DNA of 60,292 nucleotides, the filler included, from Asterionella formosa (lineage: Eukaryota), in assembly GCA_002256025.1 (NCBI GenBank). It is 7 parts of 7 records of this genome, joined end to end, with 100 filler letters (N's around TTAATTAATTAA, not from the genome) between each part and the next. Parts side by side here need not be neighbours in the genome. Positions count along the whole stretch, not along the records: positions 8,639 to 17,174 come from NKIB01012072.1; positions 17,275 to 25,808 come from NKIB01012073.1; 5 more parts are not named here. The stretch is one strand, 5' to 3'. Under the pieces are notes generated by a model. The model saw only the letters and a program-made list of their open reading frames with translations. It was not told the origin of the DNA and made no database searches. The position numbers and the translations under genes were made by a program. Positions 10,904 through 22,467 of this stretch are shown in pieces; position 1 is the first letter of the stretch; each line of letters starts with the position of its first letter.

Positions 10904-13900
10904 ATGAGATTCTTGTTCCTTTGCCGTTGCATTATTATGACCAACTCAATCGCTATAGAGTTCATTTGGGCTAGGTTGGTCGATGATGATATGCGACAGC
11001 ATCATCATGCTCGTCACTTTAGGAATCGAATCCTAGGCGACGCGACAACTTCAAGCAACATTGTTACAATCGAAGGATCTGAAACTCCAATGTTTTTTTG
11101 CAATGATGACGTTTGTCGAACTAAAGTCATGACTCAACAAAATGATATTGTATCCAAACTCCAAGCGCTTCATCCCGCCGCACGGTTGGTGGCTCAAGTT
11201 CAGAAACTTGCTAATGTTGTCTTCGTAGACCTGGGTACTACTACTAGTACTAGAACATCTTACAAAATCAAAAACATTGCTGGGATAAAACGCATTCAAA
11301 AACATCAAACATATACTACTTTACTCAATAGGACAGTGGAATACATTCAAGGGAATCAGGCACATGAAACATTTTGTACGACTGGCAAAGGAGTTAAAAT
11401 AGCAATTCTTGATGACGGGATTGACTATACCCATGAAGCTATAGGTGGGTCTGGAACAATACATGCGTATCAACAAGCTTACGGAAGGTATGATGGATCG
11501 GAGAGAAATGCAAGAAGAGATGGCTTCTTCCCTACCAAGACTGTGTACGAAGGCATAGATTTTCTCGGTGATCTATTCAGAACAACTAAGGGCCTACAAC
11601 CTCAAGTTGACAATGATCCCATTAATCAACCACATGGTCATGGTACTTTTGTTGCGTCCAACATTCTTGCTGTAGCCCCTGATGCCAAACTCTTGTTGGC
11701 ACGAGTCTGTTCATCAATGGGTTATTGTCCAGAATTCGCCGTCTTGCAAGGGATGGAGTTCGCCATGGACCCAAACGGTGATGGTGACTTTGCAGATAAA
11801 GTCGATTTCATTAACCTTTCATTGGGCCTCCCTGCAATACCGTCGTACTACGACATGGTGTCCTATACCATTGAACAAGCCTTTAAGCTAGGGACCCTCA
11901 CGGTAGTTTCGTTTGGAAACACTGGTAATGTACCCTTCCTAGCAGGACCCCAAGCAAGTTCTCCCAACGCATTGGCGGTGGGAGCAACGATGCACCCTGA
12001 CTTTTGGGATCAAGTTGATGGTCACCAATACGTAGAATGGTATTCAACTCGTGGTCCAGGATCTCAGTTTCAGCTAAAACCTGACATTTCGGCGCCCTCT
12101 GGCTCCTTCGCCGCAGTAGCCGGAACAGGAAATCAATACGCCCGAGCCTTCGGGACGTCATTTTCCGCTCCAATCACAACGGGAGCTGCAGCACTGGTCA
12201 AGGAACGGTGTTTTACATGTAGTCCTTTTGCCATCAAAGCCATTCTTATGAATAATGTGGAAACCAACATTGGTGATCAAACTACCATGAATATTACAAT
12301 TAAGAAAGCTCCGTTGTCGTCGGTAGGAAATGGGGAGCTTCGAATAGGGACATCTCTTGACGCCGATTTTTGGGCCTTTTCACCTGATGAGGGAGATGTA
12401 CAGCCATCGATCAGTTTGGGACTTTTCAATGTGGCAGGGGATATTCTGGTACTTCGTCGGATCAGAATTGTAAGCTTGACGAATGCGACCGAAACGATTA
12501 AGATTTCAGTCAATTTTCGCGATCCATCGGATGCTGCGCTCGGTGCTCTTGAAGTGAACATCCCACAGTCAAATGTGACCCTTTCCAGCTGCAGCGCTGA
12601 TACCGAGATTCTAGTTCAATTTAAAATTGTTGCTACGAATGTTCCCAACAATTTCCTGGAATCTGCCAGTAGCCCTGAAAGCCTCGACAATAATGAATTT
12701 GATGGTCACATCGTCTTGGTGTCGACGAAAACATTCAAGTCGATACGAATTCCCTTTTACACAATACTCCGAAAAGCCTCGAATGTAACTGTTACACCAA
12801 ATGCACTACCAAATGGCAGTACACCATTCCAAGCGAACATTTCAGTTGAGAATACTGGTGCTGGTGTAGCACAAATCGATGTATATCAACTCCTTGGAAG
12901 GACCAAGGACGACCCTGAGGCAGAGTATGGAACCCCAGAATTGCCTTCTGACATTCGCGCAATAGGTTATCGGACGATCCATGCTAGTTATTCCAATTGC
13001 AGCTATGTTGTGGAGTTCGTGTTCAATCTGTGGGAGAGACCTCGTCGAATCATTCCCTTCTACCCCTTCATTGCCTTTGTTAATGCTTCCACAAACGAAA
13101 CCATTTCGTTCCTTATCAGCCGAGAGTCCACGCATTTCGAGTTTGAAGTCGTGGTAGTGAACAAGCTTGATGGTAGTCAACCAGCCTGTACTGGATTCTC
13201 CCTCATCAACTCTCCGGGATCCGCCAATATCGTCATGCGAGGGTGTGGTGAGCAATTGGGACTGAAAGAAAATCAAAACCTTTCTGTTAAATTTGGTGTA
13301 AGGGACATATCTAAAATAGGTGGTGATGATCTTCTTGAATTACTTGGTCCATTGAAAATAGAGTATCCACACCCAGCCATTTCGGCGCACTCGTACGATA
13401 TCCGTCCTGGAGCAACACTGGACAACCTCGAAGTTACTAACCGAAACAACAATAACATCAGTCAGCCCATGGGAATCTTGCTAGTAACAAACGCATACAG
13501 AAGTACCAACAGTACAGGAGCATCTGTCAAAGAGCAGGAAGGAATCCTGCTCCTCCGGAATGGTCTGAGCAACTACAAAGAAATCACCGTTGACAAACTT
13601 CTATACCCACAAGCTAATGACACCGGCGGTCCGCAATGTTTGTGGCGTAGCGAGATGTGCTTGTTCCCGACGCTGGCACCAACCCTATATCCTGCCCCGT
13701 CGAGTACTGAAACCCCTACCAAGTCGCCAACAGCAATTCTCACAGAGTTTCCCTCTGCGACATCCGAACCAAGTATCCCAACATATACATATAGTCCAAC
13801 TTTTGCACCTGACTGTCCACCCCATAAATTCATGAGTCAAAGTGTTCCCACCGGAAGCCCCAGCCTCTCGAATGGTCCCTCGGGAGTACCAGCATACGTA

Positions 13901-14422
13901 AGTCCATCGAATAGTCCATCCAGCAGCCCAACGCCGCTTTCCATGCCACCATATATCACTGCATCGAATGCACCATCTACTCCCCTATCCTTGATCAAAT
14001 CGCCCTCATCGGAGTCTTCATACATCCCTTCATCGAATAGTCCATCCGCTCCACCATCCGTGAGCCCAATGCCGTCGACCATGCCATCATACATCATTTC
14101 ATCGAATAGTCCATCCACTCCCCAATTCGTGAGCCCAATGCCGTCAGTCATGCCATCATACATTACTCCATCGACTCGGCCATCAACTCCCCGATCCTTT
14201 TTCCCATCGCCCTTGTCCCAGCCATCATCCAGTTCATCAAGTAGTCCATCCACTCCCGGACTGTTAAGCCCAGCCTCAGCGAAGAATACACCAATGCCCT
14301 TTGCATTCCCCGCTCTCCCTGGAACAACTGATAGTACGTCAGGTAGTGCAACTTGGAAGGGAAAGAATATCATTCTTGCGATTGTGGTTTCATTGACAGT
14401 AAAAATCCTAGTTTTGTACTAG
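10904..14422 (+). CDS. Subtilisin-like S8 serine protease (Vpr-like) with P/S/T-rich stalk and hydrophobic C-terminus (possible GPI signal)
   Basis: Catalytic triad ILDDGIDYTH / HGTFVAS / GTSFSAP, oxyanion Asn in SFGNTG, plus TRGPG and KPDISAP. PSxSPS repeats and C-terminal IILAIVVSLTVKILVLY. Intronless, 1172 aa. Confidence 0.93.
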   Translation: MRFLFLCRCIIMTNSIAIEFIWARLVDDDMRQHHHARHFRNRILGDATTSSNIVTIEGSETPMFFCNDDVCRTKVMTQQNDIVSKLQALHPAARLVAQVQKLANVVFVDLGTTTSTRTSYKIKNIAGIKRIQKHQTYTTLLNRTVEYIQGNQAHETFCTTGKGVKIAILDDGIDYTHEAIGGSGTIHAYQQAYGRYDGSERNARRDGFFPTKTVYEGIDFLGDLFRTTKGLQPQVDNDPINQPHGHGTFVASNILAVAPDAKLLLARVCSSMGYCPEFAVLQGMEFAMDPNGDGDFADKVDFINLSLGLPAIPSYYDMVSYTIEQAFKLGTLTVVSFGNTGNVPFLAGPQASSPNALAVGATMHPDFWDQVDGHQYVEWYSTRGPGSQFQLKPDISAPSGSFAAVAGTGNQYARAFGTSFSAPITTGAAALVKERCFTCSPFAIKAILMNNVETNIGDQTTMNITIKKAPLSSVGNGELRIGTSLDADFWAFSPDEGDVQPSISLGLFNVAGDILVLRRIRIVSLTNATETIKISVNFRDPSDAALGALEVNIPQSNVTLSSCSADTEILVQFKIVATNVPNNFLESASSPESLDNNEFDGHIVLVSTKTFKSIRIPFYTILRKASNVTVTPNALPNGSTPFQANISVENTGAGVAQIDVYQLLGRTKDDPEAEYGTPELPSDIRAIGYRTIHASYSNCSYVVEFVFNLWERPRRIIPFYPFIAFVNASTNETISFLISRESTHFEFEVVVVNKLDGSQPACTGFSLINSPGSANIVMRGCGEQLGLKENQNLSVKFGVRDISKIGGDDLLELLGPLKIEYPHPAISAHSYDIRPGATLDNLEVTNRNNNNISQPMGILLVTNAYRSTNSTGASVKEQEGILLLRNGLSNYKEITVDKLLYPQANDTGGPQCLWRSEMCLFPTLAPTLYPAPSSTETPTKSPTAILTEFPSATSEPSIPTYTYSPTFAPDCPPHKFMSQSVPTGSPSLSNGPSGVPAYVSPSNSPSSSPTPLSMPPYITASNAPSTPLSLIKSPSSESSYIPSSNSPSAPPSVSPMPSTMPSYIISSNSPSTPQFVSPMPSVMPSYITPSTRPSTPRSFFPSPLSQPSSSSSSSPSTPGLLSPASAKNTPMPFAFPALPGTTDSTSGSATWKGKNIILAIVVSLTVKILVLY

Positions 14423-14443
14423 AATCGACTCACTTTGGATCAT

Positions 14444-16375
14444 TTAGGTTCGAAAATGTATATTATGCTCTATCGAAACCCTGCTGAGTTGTAAAGCTAT
14501 TCGCTTTCCCTCTATCGGATCCACGGGAATTGAAGGTTCCGATGATAGTCGGGCGATATCATCGAGACATTTTTGAGTATTTTCTGGTATTTCCCCGTTT
14601 TCGCCCATAACAATAATAAATGGTTCAGGAACAACCAACCCAGCTTCAAGTATCGCTGGTGCCTCCTTGAGTACTGCAGAAAGGTCATAGTATTTAAGTT
14701 CTTTTTCTCTTCGAATCATATCAGGCTTGTTTGCTACAGTTACTTCAACAATAACTAATGACTTTCCTATCACACAGCACAGATCTGGAGCTCTCATCTT
14801 CTTGCTCAACTTCTTAATGTCTGTCGTCCACTTCCACTTGTACAGGGGCTGATCCCGTATGACTTCCACTGCTCCTCGACTGATCATCCATTCGGAAATT
14901 GTTCGAAGGATAGCATTGTGTCTCTTTCTTACTAAAACAGATTTATGATAAGACTCTTGTCGTCTTCTAGCATTCCAACCAAGCCCTCCAGGCTTGACGT
15001 GAGTATCGCCAGAAAAGGATGACTTCAGTTCGCTTTTTATGGCTAATTGTCCACAGTCTTCTGTTGGAACAAAGAGAGCACCGATGGGCAAATGATCCGA
15101 AGGAAATCCTTTGTCAAACTGTGGCAATCCTGATAAGATTAATTTTGTGCGATCGGGTTTTGCTGGATCCACCGTTGCTAAGACGCATTCCACTCGAAGC
15201 GGAGAAGGCAGGGCCATACCAATACCAGAGTCCCTTGCTTGTGCATGGACTCGTCTTAACTTTCGTTTGCTCTCCCATATACCACCGGCAATTGCTGCGT
15301 TGTTATTTTTGGCAGCTGATAATGATTTGACCATGGCTGCGGGACCACCATTAGCGTACAGTATATGGTCCATGCAGCCAGGACCACGACCGTGTAAAGA
15401 CACCGTAATTGGAGCAGCTTCGTCTCGAAGGTTATCTGCATAGATGTCCTTAAATCTATGACTGTGTCTCATTCTGGCTGCTTCATCTTTTGAAATTTTC
15501 GTCTTGTAGTTTCTATCTTTCACTGTCCCATGCATACTGCTGCCCGTTTTGAGTAAATGGACTGTCGGACTGTCCTGATCACAGTTGAAATCCCCTCCAA
15601 TGATAATTGCGCCATCCAAGGGAGTACATCGAATTGGACTCTCACATCCGTCTACCTTTCGAATTGTCGTTGCCATTGTCTTTAATCTCCCTTCAATGTC
15701 AGCAGGCTTGGCTGGCAAATGAACATTTCCAACACAAAATGTGGATCCCGAATCCAATTCTTCTAGCTGAACCACCATACCTCGGCGGAAGCCCTCCGAT
15801 GATAGAAGCGCATGTTTCTTGGATCTCCACGCTACGGCAAGACCAACTACATCCCCTGGTCGATTGGGATGTAGGGCTGTCCATACGTAGTCATCGTACC
15901 CCTCCAAGCCTCCAACCATTGGCTCTTGCAGAAGTTGCTTCAATCTAGGTTCAAACAGGTCGCCTCCTTCGACCTCTTGAAGAAGTAGTACATCGGCATT
16001 CGCGGCTTTAGCCATGGCAATCGAATTTGGTATTCGATCCTTTCGATCTTGTTCCTTTTTTGACTCTTCCTCGGCGTGTCCGATCCAATGATAGGCCGGT
16101 GCCAACATATTGAAGGAACATACACTTAATTCCCCAGTCTCTGTCGTGCGAAACGAAGTACCTGGTTTGATAATGTTTGCTACTACCGGTAGTACCTTGT
16201 TATTTTTCTCATCGTGGTCAATCGATGGAAGGACAGATGTGGATAATAGTGAAACAGATACTAAGGACGGTATCACGGTTCTGGAATGGATGACTGTTAC
16301 TTGATCAGTGAAGCTCTCGCATGGAAGCACAATTAGAAAGCACGCCAATACCAGCGCAGGAAAGTGTCTTTGCAT
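14444..16375 (-). CDS. EEP-superfamily (CCR4/PDE12/Angel-like) phosphodiesterase with predicted plastid presequence and C-terminal PD-(D/E)XK-like domain
   Basis: EEP motifs SFNMLA, LQEV, NVHL, GDFNC, DHILY and PSDHLPI. N-terminus MQRHFPALVLACFLIVLPCES-F. C-terminus RHN...PDL...VEVTV...EKELKY. Confidence 0.88.
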   Translation of the reverse strand: MQRHFPALVLACFLIVLPCESFTDQVTVIHSRTVIPSLVSVSLLSTSVLPSIDHDEKNNKVLPVVANIIKPGTSFRTTETGELSVCSFNMLAPAYHWIGHAEEESKKEQDRKDRIPNSIAMAKAANADVLLLQEVEGGDLFEPRLKQLLQEPMVGGLEGYDDYVWTALHPNRPGDVVGLAVAWRSKKHALLSSEGFRRGMVVQLEELDSGSTFCVGNVHLPAKPADIEGRLKTMATTIRKVDGCESPIRCTPLDGAIIIGGDFNCDQDSPTVHLLKTGSSMHGTVKDRNYKTKISKDEAARMRHSHRFKDIYADNLRDEAAPITVSLHGRGPGCMDHILYANGGPAAMVKSLSAAKNNNAAIAGGIWESKRKLRRVHAQARDSGIGMALPSPLRVECVLATVDPAKPDRTKLILSGLPQFDKGFPSDHLPIGALFVPTEDCGQLAIKSELKSSFSGDTHVKPGGLGWNARRRQESYHKSVLVRKRHNAILRTISEWMISRGAVEVIRDQPLYKWKWTTDIKKLSKKMRAPDLCCVIGKSLVIVEVTVANKPDMIRREKELKYYDLSAVLKEAPAILEAGLVVPEPFIIVMGENGEIPENTQKCLDDIARLSSEPSIPVDPIEGKRIALQLSRVSIEHNIHFRT

Positions 16376-17274
16376 ATTTATGTATAGAGATTTCTTAAGG
16401 AACAAGTAGGAAGGGGATCGATTGTGTCAACAAGAGACTGTTTTCGTGTGTAATATAATCGCGATGTATGGGTTTCCGATTACTCGCCGTCGCCATCAGG
16501 GATTATCACCGCTATCACGTACCTTGTACATACCAAGTAATAGTCAGTGCTAGTAAATGGCATCTAAACCATCCGTGACATATTACCGGTATGCACCCTG
16601 GTACCATACATACCGGTACTCCTTGTCGCATATATAGCTTAATAAAGTAAAGGAATCCACAACAAGCATTGTTAGCTACAGCTATAGCTATTGCTTGCCG
16701 CTTTGCTCGCCAAACTCAATTCTTAGTAAGAGGTTGGGTTTGTGAATAAAGTTAACGAACATACAGTTCATGTTTAATACTGGTAAACTACCTGGTACTG
16801 GCACTCGGAGTACCTGGTACTACCGTGAGCAAAACTCAAAAAGGAACTCCAACAAAATTAATTGGAGCCATCACCATTGGACACCACATTTGCAAAAAAA
16901 TGATTAATTCAACCTCATTGTTTCAACAAATGAGGGTCACATGATCTCTAGAATTTATTTTTTGAATAAAAGGTATGTTGTTGAACTTAACACACATTTG
17001 TCTCATCATGGAGGGAATGCCCCTTGTACCAATCTTCTTTGAGATACAGCTGGTGTTGTGAGTAACACTTATTGTTGCTAAGATGCATAGCAAATCGACC
17101 GAAACCTCCATATCCAAATGTAATACACCGTGCCTCCATGCCGAGGTATAAGTCTGCAAAGACAGGATAAAAGTNNNNNNNNNNNNNNNNNNNNNNNNNN
17201 NNNNNNNNNNNNNNNNNNTTAATTAATTAANNNNNNNNNNNNNNNNNNNNNNNNNNNNNNNNNNNNNNNNNNNN

Positions 17275-18505
17275 TTCGCAAAAAAGATGGAAGTGTCAGA
17301 TTTTCGTGAATTAAATAAATTCATCAATCGCATTATTTATTATTTACTTCGAATACAACTAGTCTCCCGAAACGTGCTGGATATGCATTTTTCACCAAAT
17401 TGGATGTGTCTTTGCAATATTACTATACATTTGCTTTAGATGTGAAGAAGAAAAAATGTGTTCGCTATTTCCACTCCATTTGGTTAATATAAATATTTAC
17501 GTCTCTCTATGGGGGTAAAACAATCATCTGACATTGCCAAAGAAACCACTATGGAACAGGTTCTTTGTGATTTAGATGAAGTGGAAATTTATATTGATGA
17601 TGTGGGTTGTCTTTCTATGAATTTTGAAGATCACTTACATTCGTTGGATACTATTTTACATCGCTTACAGGCAAATGATTTCACAATTAATTCATCAATG
17701 TGTGAATTTGCAGTCCAAGAGACAGATTGGTTAGGCTCTTGGCTAACTCCTAATGGTCTGAAACCTTGGTCTAAAAAGATCCTAGCATTGAACAATATGT
17801 CTTCACCTACCAATCTCAAACAAGTCAGATCTTTTCTTGGTGTGGTTAGCTACCATCGAGACATATTTCGTCGACGCTCTCATGTTCTCGGATAGCTCAC
17901 GGATTTAATTGGAACTGGTCCATTTGTCTTGTTACCTATACATGAACAAGCTTTTTTCAGAAATGAAAGCATTATTACTTGCAGATACACTCGTGCGTTA
18001 TTCTGATCATAAACTTTCCTCTCCATATTTTTACTGATGCTTCTGGTTATCAATTAGTGTCAGTCATTATGCAAAACGAACTCCCGGTTGTTTATTATTC
18101 TCGCGAATTATCTGCGGCTCAGAAAAATTATTCCCACCATTGAAAAAGAGTCACTTTCTGTCGTAGAAACTTTATAAAAAATTTGCTCTGTGTTATTGGG
18201 TGCAGCTCTACATGTTCACACTCATCATCGTTATCTTATTTATACTACCTATCACACTAAATGTGTTCTACAGTGGAGGCTTTATATTGAAGAATATCAT
18301 GCTACTTTTCACCTTCTGAAGGGGACTGATAATGCTATAGCAGATTCCATCTCTTGCCTCCCAAGACTTGAGTCTTTTGTGGGGGATAATATTCTGCTGA
18401 CATCTTCAGCATCAAAATCCACTTGTACTTTCTCAATTGAATTAGATGATAAACCTCCGCTTACCTGTTTCCTCAATCATCAAGTTTTGGCAGACAATAG
18501 TTAAA
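17275..18505 (+). mobile_element. Ty3/Gypsy RT-RNase H relic
   Basis: FTKLDVS, YIDDV, KQVRSFLG, FTDASGYQL, TIEKE and KGTDNAIADSIS, with many stops and frameshifts. Confidence 0.92.
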
Positions 18506-18775
18506 CTTTTTCTTTAGAACAGCACATGAATTTTGGATTGACCCCAATAAATTCCGAAAAACGTAAATCATATTTATGAGGTACTGTACAATTATGATGC
18601 ACAGGTTTTGGCATTCGTGTTTACAGCAGCGATTCCCGCTCCAGCTATCATCTTGCCATTTCGGTACTTCTATGTAATATTTAGGCTCTAAATAATTTAT
18701 TAAGTAATTTTTATTTAGGGGCAATATGGGGCTCATAAAATTTTTCGGCAATAAAATTGCCGATTTTAGCAAGAC

Positions 18776-19274
18776 AGCCAGAATAATGGTAATATGCATA
18801 GAGATGATACAACAAGCATAAAACACATGAGAATGATTGTAACATGCAACATCAATGAAATTGAACATGATGTTTGGAGCAACCAAAGTATGAAATGCGA
18901 TGTAATAAGTAGCATCAAATAAGAAATAGAAATTTTTTGTTGGGGATAGAAATGAAGTAAAAAATAGGAGTTTCAATTGAGATGTATGCATTGTGTCATT
19001 ATACTACTTACACAGGCAACATTGACTTTCCGTTACCACACAGTCAAAGACCGAAATCAGAAGAAAAAAAGCAGAAACCAATTTAGACCTGCATCGTCAT
19101 GTAGTGTAGATGATCTGGTTGCTGTAACCATTCACATCGCTGTAGTAGCCTGACACCAGTAGCAGTCTTTCCGCCACAGCCATTCCTCCCACCAAACAAC
19201 CCTGATCAGTCCATTCCATTCTGAGCGAGCATGATTGCCAGGCTGCTCCAGCACTATCGACTCCCTCTAGCTGA
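18776..19274. repeat. Dispersed repeat; inverted copy at 52944-53452
   Basis: ACAACAAGCATAAAACACATGAGAATGATTGTAACATGCAACATCAATGAAA and CCAGGCTGCTCCAG..CCCTCTAGCTGA are reverse complements of sequence in the 52.9-53.45 kb copy. Confidence 0.92.
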
Positions 19275-20207
19275 NNNNNNNNNNNNNNNNNNNNNNNNNN
19301 NNNNNNNNNNNNNNNNNNNNNNNNNNNNNNNNNNNNNNNNNNNNNNNNNNNNNNNNNNNNNNNNNNNNNNNNNNNNNNNNNNNNNNNNNNNNNNNNNNNN
19401 NNNNNNNNNNNNNNNNNNNNNNNNNNNNNNNNNNNNNNNNNNNNNNNNNNNNNNNNNNNNNNNNNNNNNNNNNNNNNNNNNNNNNNNNNNNNNNNNNNNN
19501 NNNNNNNNNNNNNNNNNNNNNNNNNNNNNNNNNNNNNNNNNNNNNNNNNNNNNNNNNNNNNNNNNNNNNNNNNNNNNNNNNNNNNNNNNNNNNNNNNNNN
19601 NNNNNNNNNNNNNNNNNNNNNNNNNNNNNNNNNNNNNNNNNNNNNNNNNNNNNNNNNNNNNNNNNNNNNNNNNNNNNNNNNNNNNNNNNNNNNNNNNNNN
19701 NNNNNNNNNNNNNNNNNNNNNNNNNNNNNNNNNNNNNNNNNNNNNNNNNNNNNNNNNNNNNNNNNNNNNNNNNNNNNNNNNNNNNNNNNNNNNNNNNNNN
19801 NNNNNNNNNNNNNNNNNNNNNNNNNNNNNNNNNNNNNNNNNNNNNNNNNNNNNNNNNNNNNNNNNNNNNNNNNNNNNNNNNNNNNNNNNNNNNNNNNNNN
19901 NNNNNNNNNNNNNNNNNNNNNNNNNNNNNNNNNNNNNNNNNNNNNNNNNNNNNNNNNNNNNNNNNNNNNNNNNNNNNNNNNNNNNNNNNNNNNNNNNNNN
20001 NNNNNNNNNNNNNNNNNNNNNNNNNNNNNNNNNNNNNNNNNNNNNNNNNNNNNNNNNNNNNNNNNNNNNNNNNNNNNNNNNNNNNNNNNNNNNNNNNNNN
20101 NNNNNNNNNNNNNNNNNNNNNNNGTTAGATGGCTATTATTTGGGTTACTAATCGATAGTCTTTGTGATCACCATCCTTCAGTACCTATTTCTCTCTTGAA
20201 AGTCACA

Positions 20208-20723
20208 ATGAAATCTCTTATTTGGACTGGCGTCTTTATCTTGCTGGTGGTGGAACTTGTCGTGACGTTCATCTTGGTTATTCCCGTTCCCCGGAAGATC
20301 CGGAATAAGATCGCTCGCTATATAGCAAAGTTTGATTTGGGCGGCAAAATCGGCCAAGCATCAATGTTTCTAATGATTGCCCTCTTTGGTGCATTGGCCG
20401 AGAGCATCATGACAGTGCGGGCCCTTCAGGAGCGAGAACACCCAACCGGTGCCACCATGACTACTTCTGTCGAACAAGAACGAATCTTTCATGACTTGGA
20501 CAAGCAGCGGATCTTCCGAGCCGAGCGAAACATGTACTTGGCAGGGTTCACTTTGACTCTGCTTTTTGTTATTGCGAGAATTTCGAAATTGATGGAAGAA
20601 AGTGTGGAAATGGAGGAGGAACACGAACGGCTTCTGAAGTTGATTCCATCGAAAGAGTCGGTCGAGACTAGAGGCAATTCAATTGAAATGAGGCCATTAT
20701 TGAGTCAAAAGAAAAAGGAGTAA
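20208..20723 (+). CDS. BAP29/BAP31-family ER membrane protein
   Basis: Three hydrophobic helices, the FRAERNMYLAGFTL signature, a coiled coil and C-terminal KKKE (KKxx ER-retrieval signal). Confidence 0.9.
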   Translation: MKSLIWTGVFILLVVELVVTFILVIPVPRKIRNKIARYIAKFDLGGKIGQASMFLMIALFGALAESIMTVRALQEREHPTGATMTTSVEQERIFHDLDKQRIFRAERNMYLAGFTLTLLFVIARISKLMEESVEMEEEHERLLKLIPSKESVETRGNSIEMRPLLSQKKKE

Positions 20724-20833
20724 ATTATGGATGTAAACTGGTGTTGATGTGGATATTGCATTGAAATAGCCATTACTACAACTAAGTCGTTTGTCACTGT
20801 CAAAGATCGAATCACCTAGATACCCATTCAAAG

Positions 20834-21598
20834 TTACGCCCTGCACTTGGTAACTCCGGCTCGGAGCGCATCTATAACACCCTGCCGATCATTGGATCCA
20901 AAAATTGCACTCGCCGCTACGATGACATTCGCGCCGGCTTCCGCCGCTTGATCAATTGTGTCAGGGGACAATCCACCATCGACCTCAATGTCCAGATCAG
21001 GGAACGCAGCACGCAACAGCTTTACCTTTTGCATTTGACACGGCATAAATGCTTGTCCAGAAAATCCAGGCTCCACTGTCATGATCAATACGAGATCCAA
21101 GTGCGGGACGTACTCAAAGAGGCTTTCAACGGGAGTGGCGGGTTTGACAACCATTCCCACACGCATACCAGCGTCGCGAATCATCTGGATCATGGCCCTC
21201 GGGCCACCTTCAGGCAATTCTGATTCAATGTGAAAGGTGAACGACGAGCACCCCGCTTTTTTCAGTGGTTCCACCCAAAAGGCGGGCTTCGACACCATTA
21301 AGTGACAATCAATAAAGGCCTACCAGTACGTCGATAAGATGGTACGAGTGAGTGGAGACAGTTCATGTCGAAGTCAGACGTCGTTGCGAAATGTGATGCA
21401 GCCCGCACTTACATTCTTATGAGCTTGACGCAAGGATGCAACCACGGGAGGACCGAACGAAAGGTTGGGAACAAAGTGCCCGTCCATAATATCCATGTGA
21501 AGCCAATCAGCTCCCATATCAAGCATCTGCTGCGCATCAGCTGCGAGATTCGCCAAATCACAAGACAGGAGGGAGGGAGCAATCAATGCAGCAGGCAT
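20834..21598 (-). CDS. RPE: Ribulose-phosphate 3-epimerase; exons 21598-21413 and 21319-20834
   Basis: [40 protein letters not shown] and IEVDGG. A 93-nt phase-0 GT..AG intron at 21412-21320 restores [11 protein letters not shown]. An upstream in-frame ATG exists at 21706. Confidence 0.97.
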
Positions 21599-22314
21599 GT
21601 TGATGGAGGTTCGTTGGATGTACTGGCGTGATAGCAATGAGGTTGCACGACACAACAATTCCTGTTGTGGTGATTTTAGGTTCGAGGACGAGCACACAGA
21701 TTGCATCGCGTTTGCGCTGATCTCTGATGGTAGGTGCTCACGACCAGATCTATCAACGTCATATCCTCACAGCACCCGTACCGGTACCTGGTACCTGGTA
21801 CCTGGTACACGTAATACGCACATACGACCTGTATCAGATAGTTTACCTGCTACTCCGAGCTCCGAGCACCACCTCCTAAAAACCGAGAGTCATCCATATT
21901 TTACCCCATGTTAAGACTCCAATTATTTTAGTCCGATTTCATGATGATGTTGAAGGAAGTACGAAGCTTCTTGTAGCTCGTCCTCTCAGGCCGTAGCTGA
22001 TGGTGGACCGAAATGCCAACCAAACAGTGTTTTGGTTTTGGTAACCCTAAAAATGATGCTATTGGGAGTGAAAAACCCAATGCAAATGCATTACATTTAG
22101 GGGATCATTCTGTGCCCACATCCCAATAAGTTACCCAAACACTTTACATTTAAGTAACTTTTTTCTAAAGTTACCTAAACATAGGATTCAGTATTGACTA
22201 CTTTGAATGTAGTCACTAGAAACCCAATTATTATTGTTGTAGAATCACTGCATGTATTGGCGAGAATCAGTTTGTTGGTGTACATATGTTTGTGTATGTA
22301 TTTGCATGTAGTCA

Positions 22315-22374
22315 CAACAAAAACAACAAAAACAACAAAAACAACAAAAACAACAAAAACAACAAAAACAACAA

Positions 22375-22467
<93 letters not shown>
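22315..22467. repeat. Compound microsatellite (ACAACAAAA)n followed by (CAA)n
   Basis: Directly visible in the sequence. Confidence 0.98.

Noticed and set aside
13837..14373. Antisense G/D-rich ORF and other overlapping short ORFs
   Set aside because: Shadow frames of real genes.
19231..20151. 306-aa ORF
   Set aside because: Almost entirely N gap.
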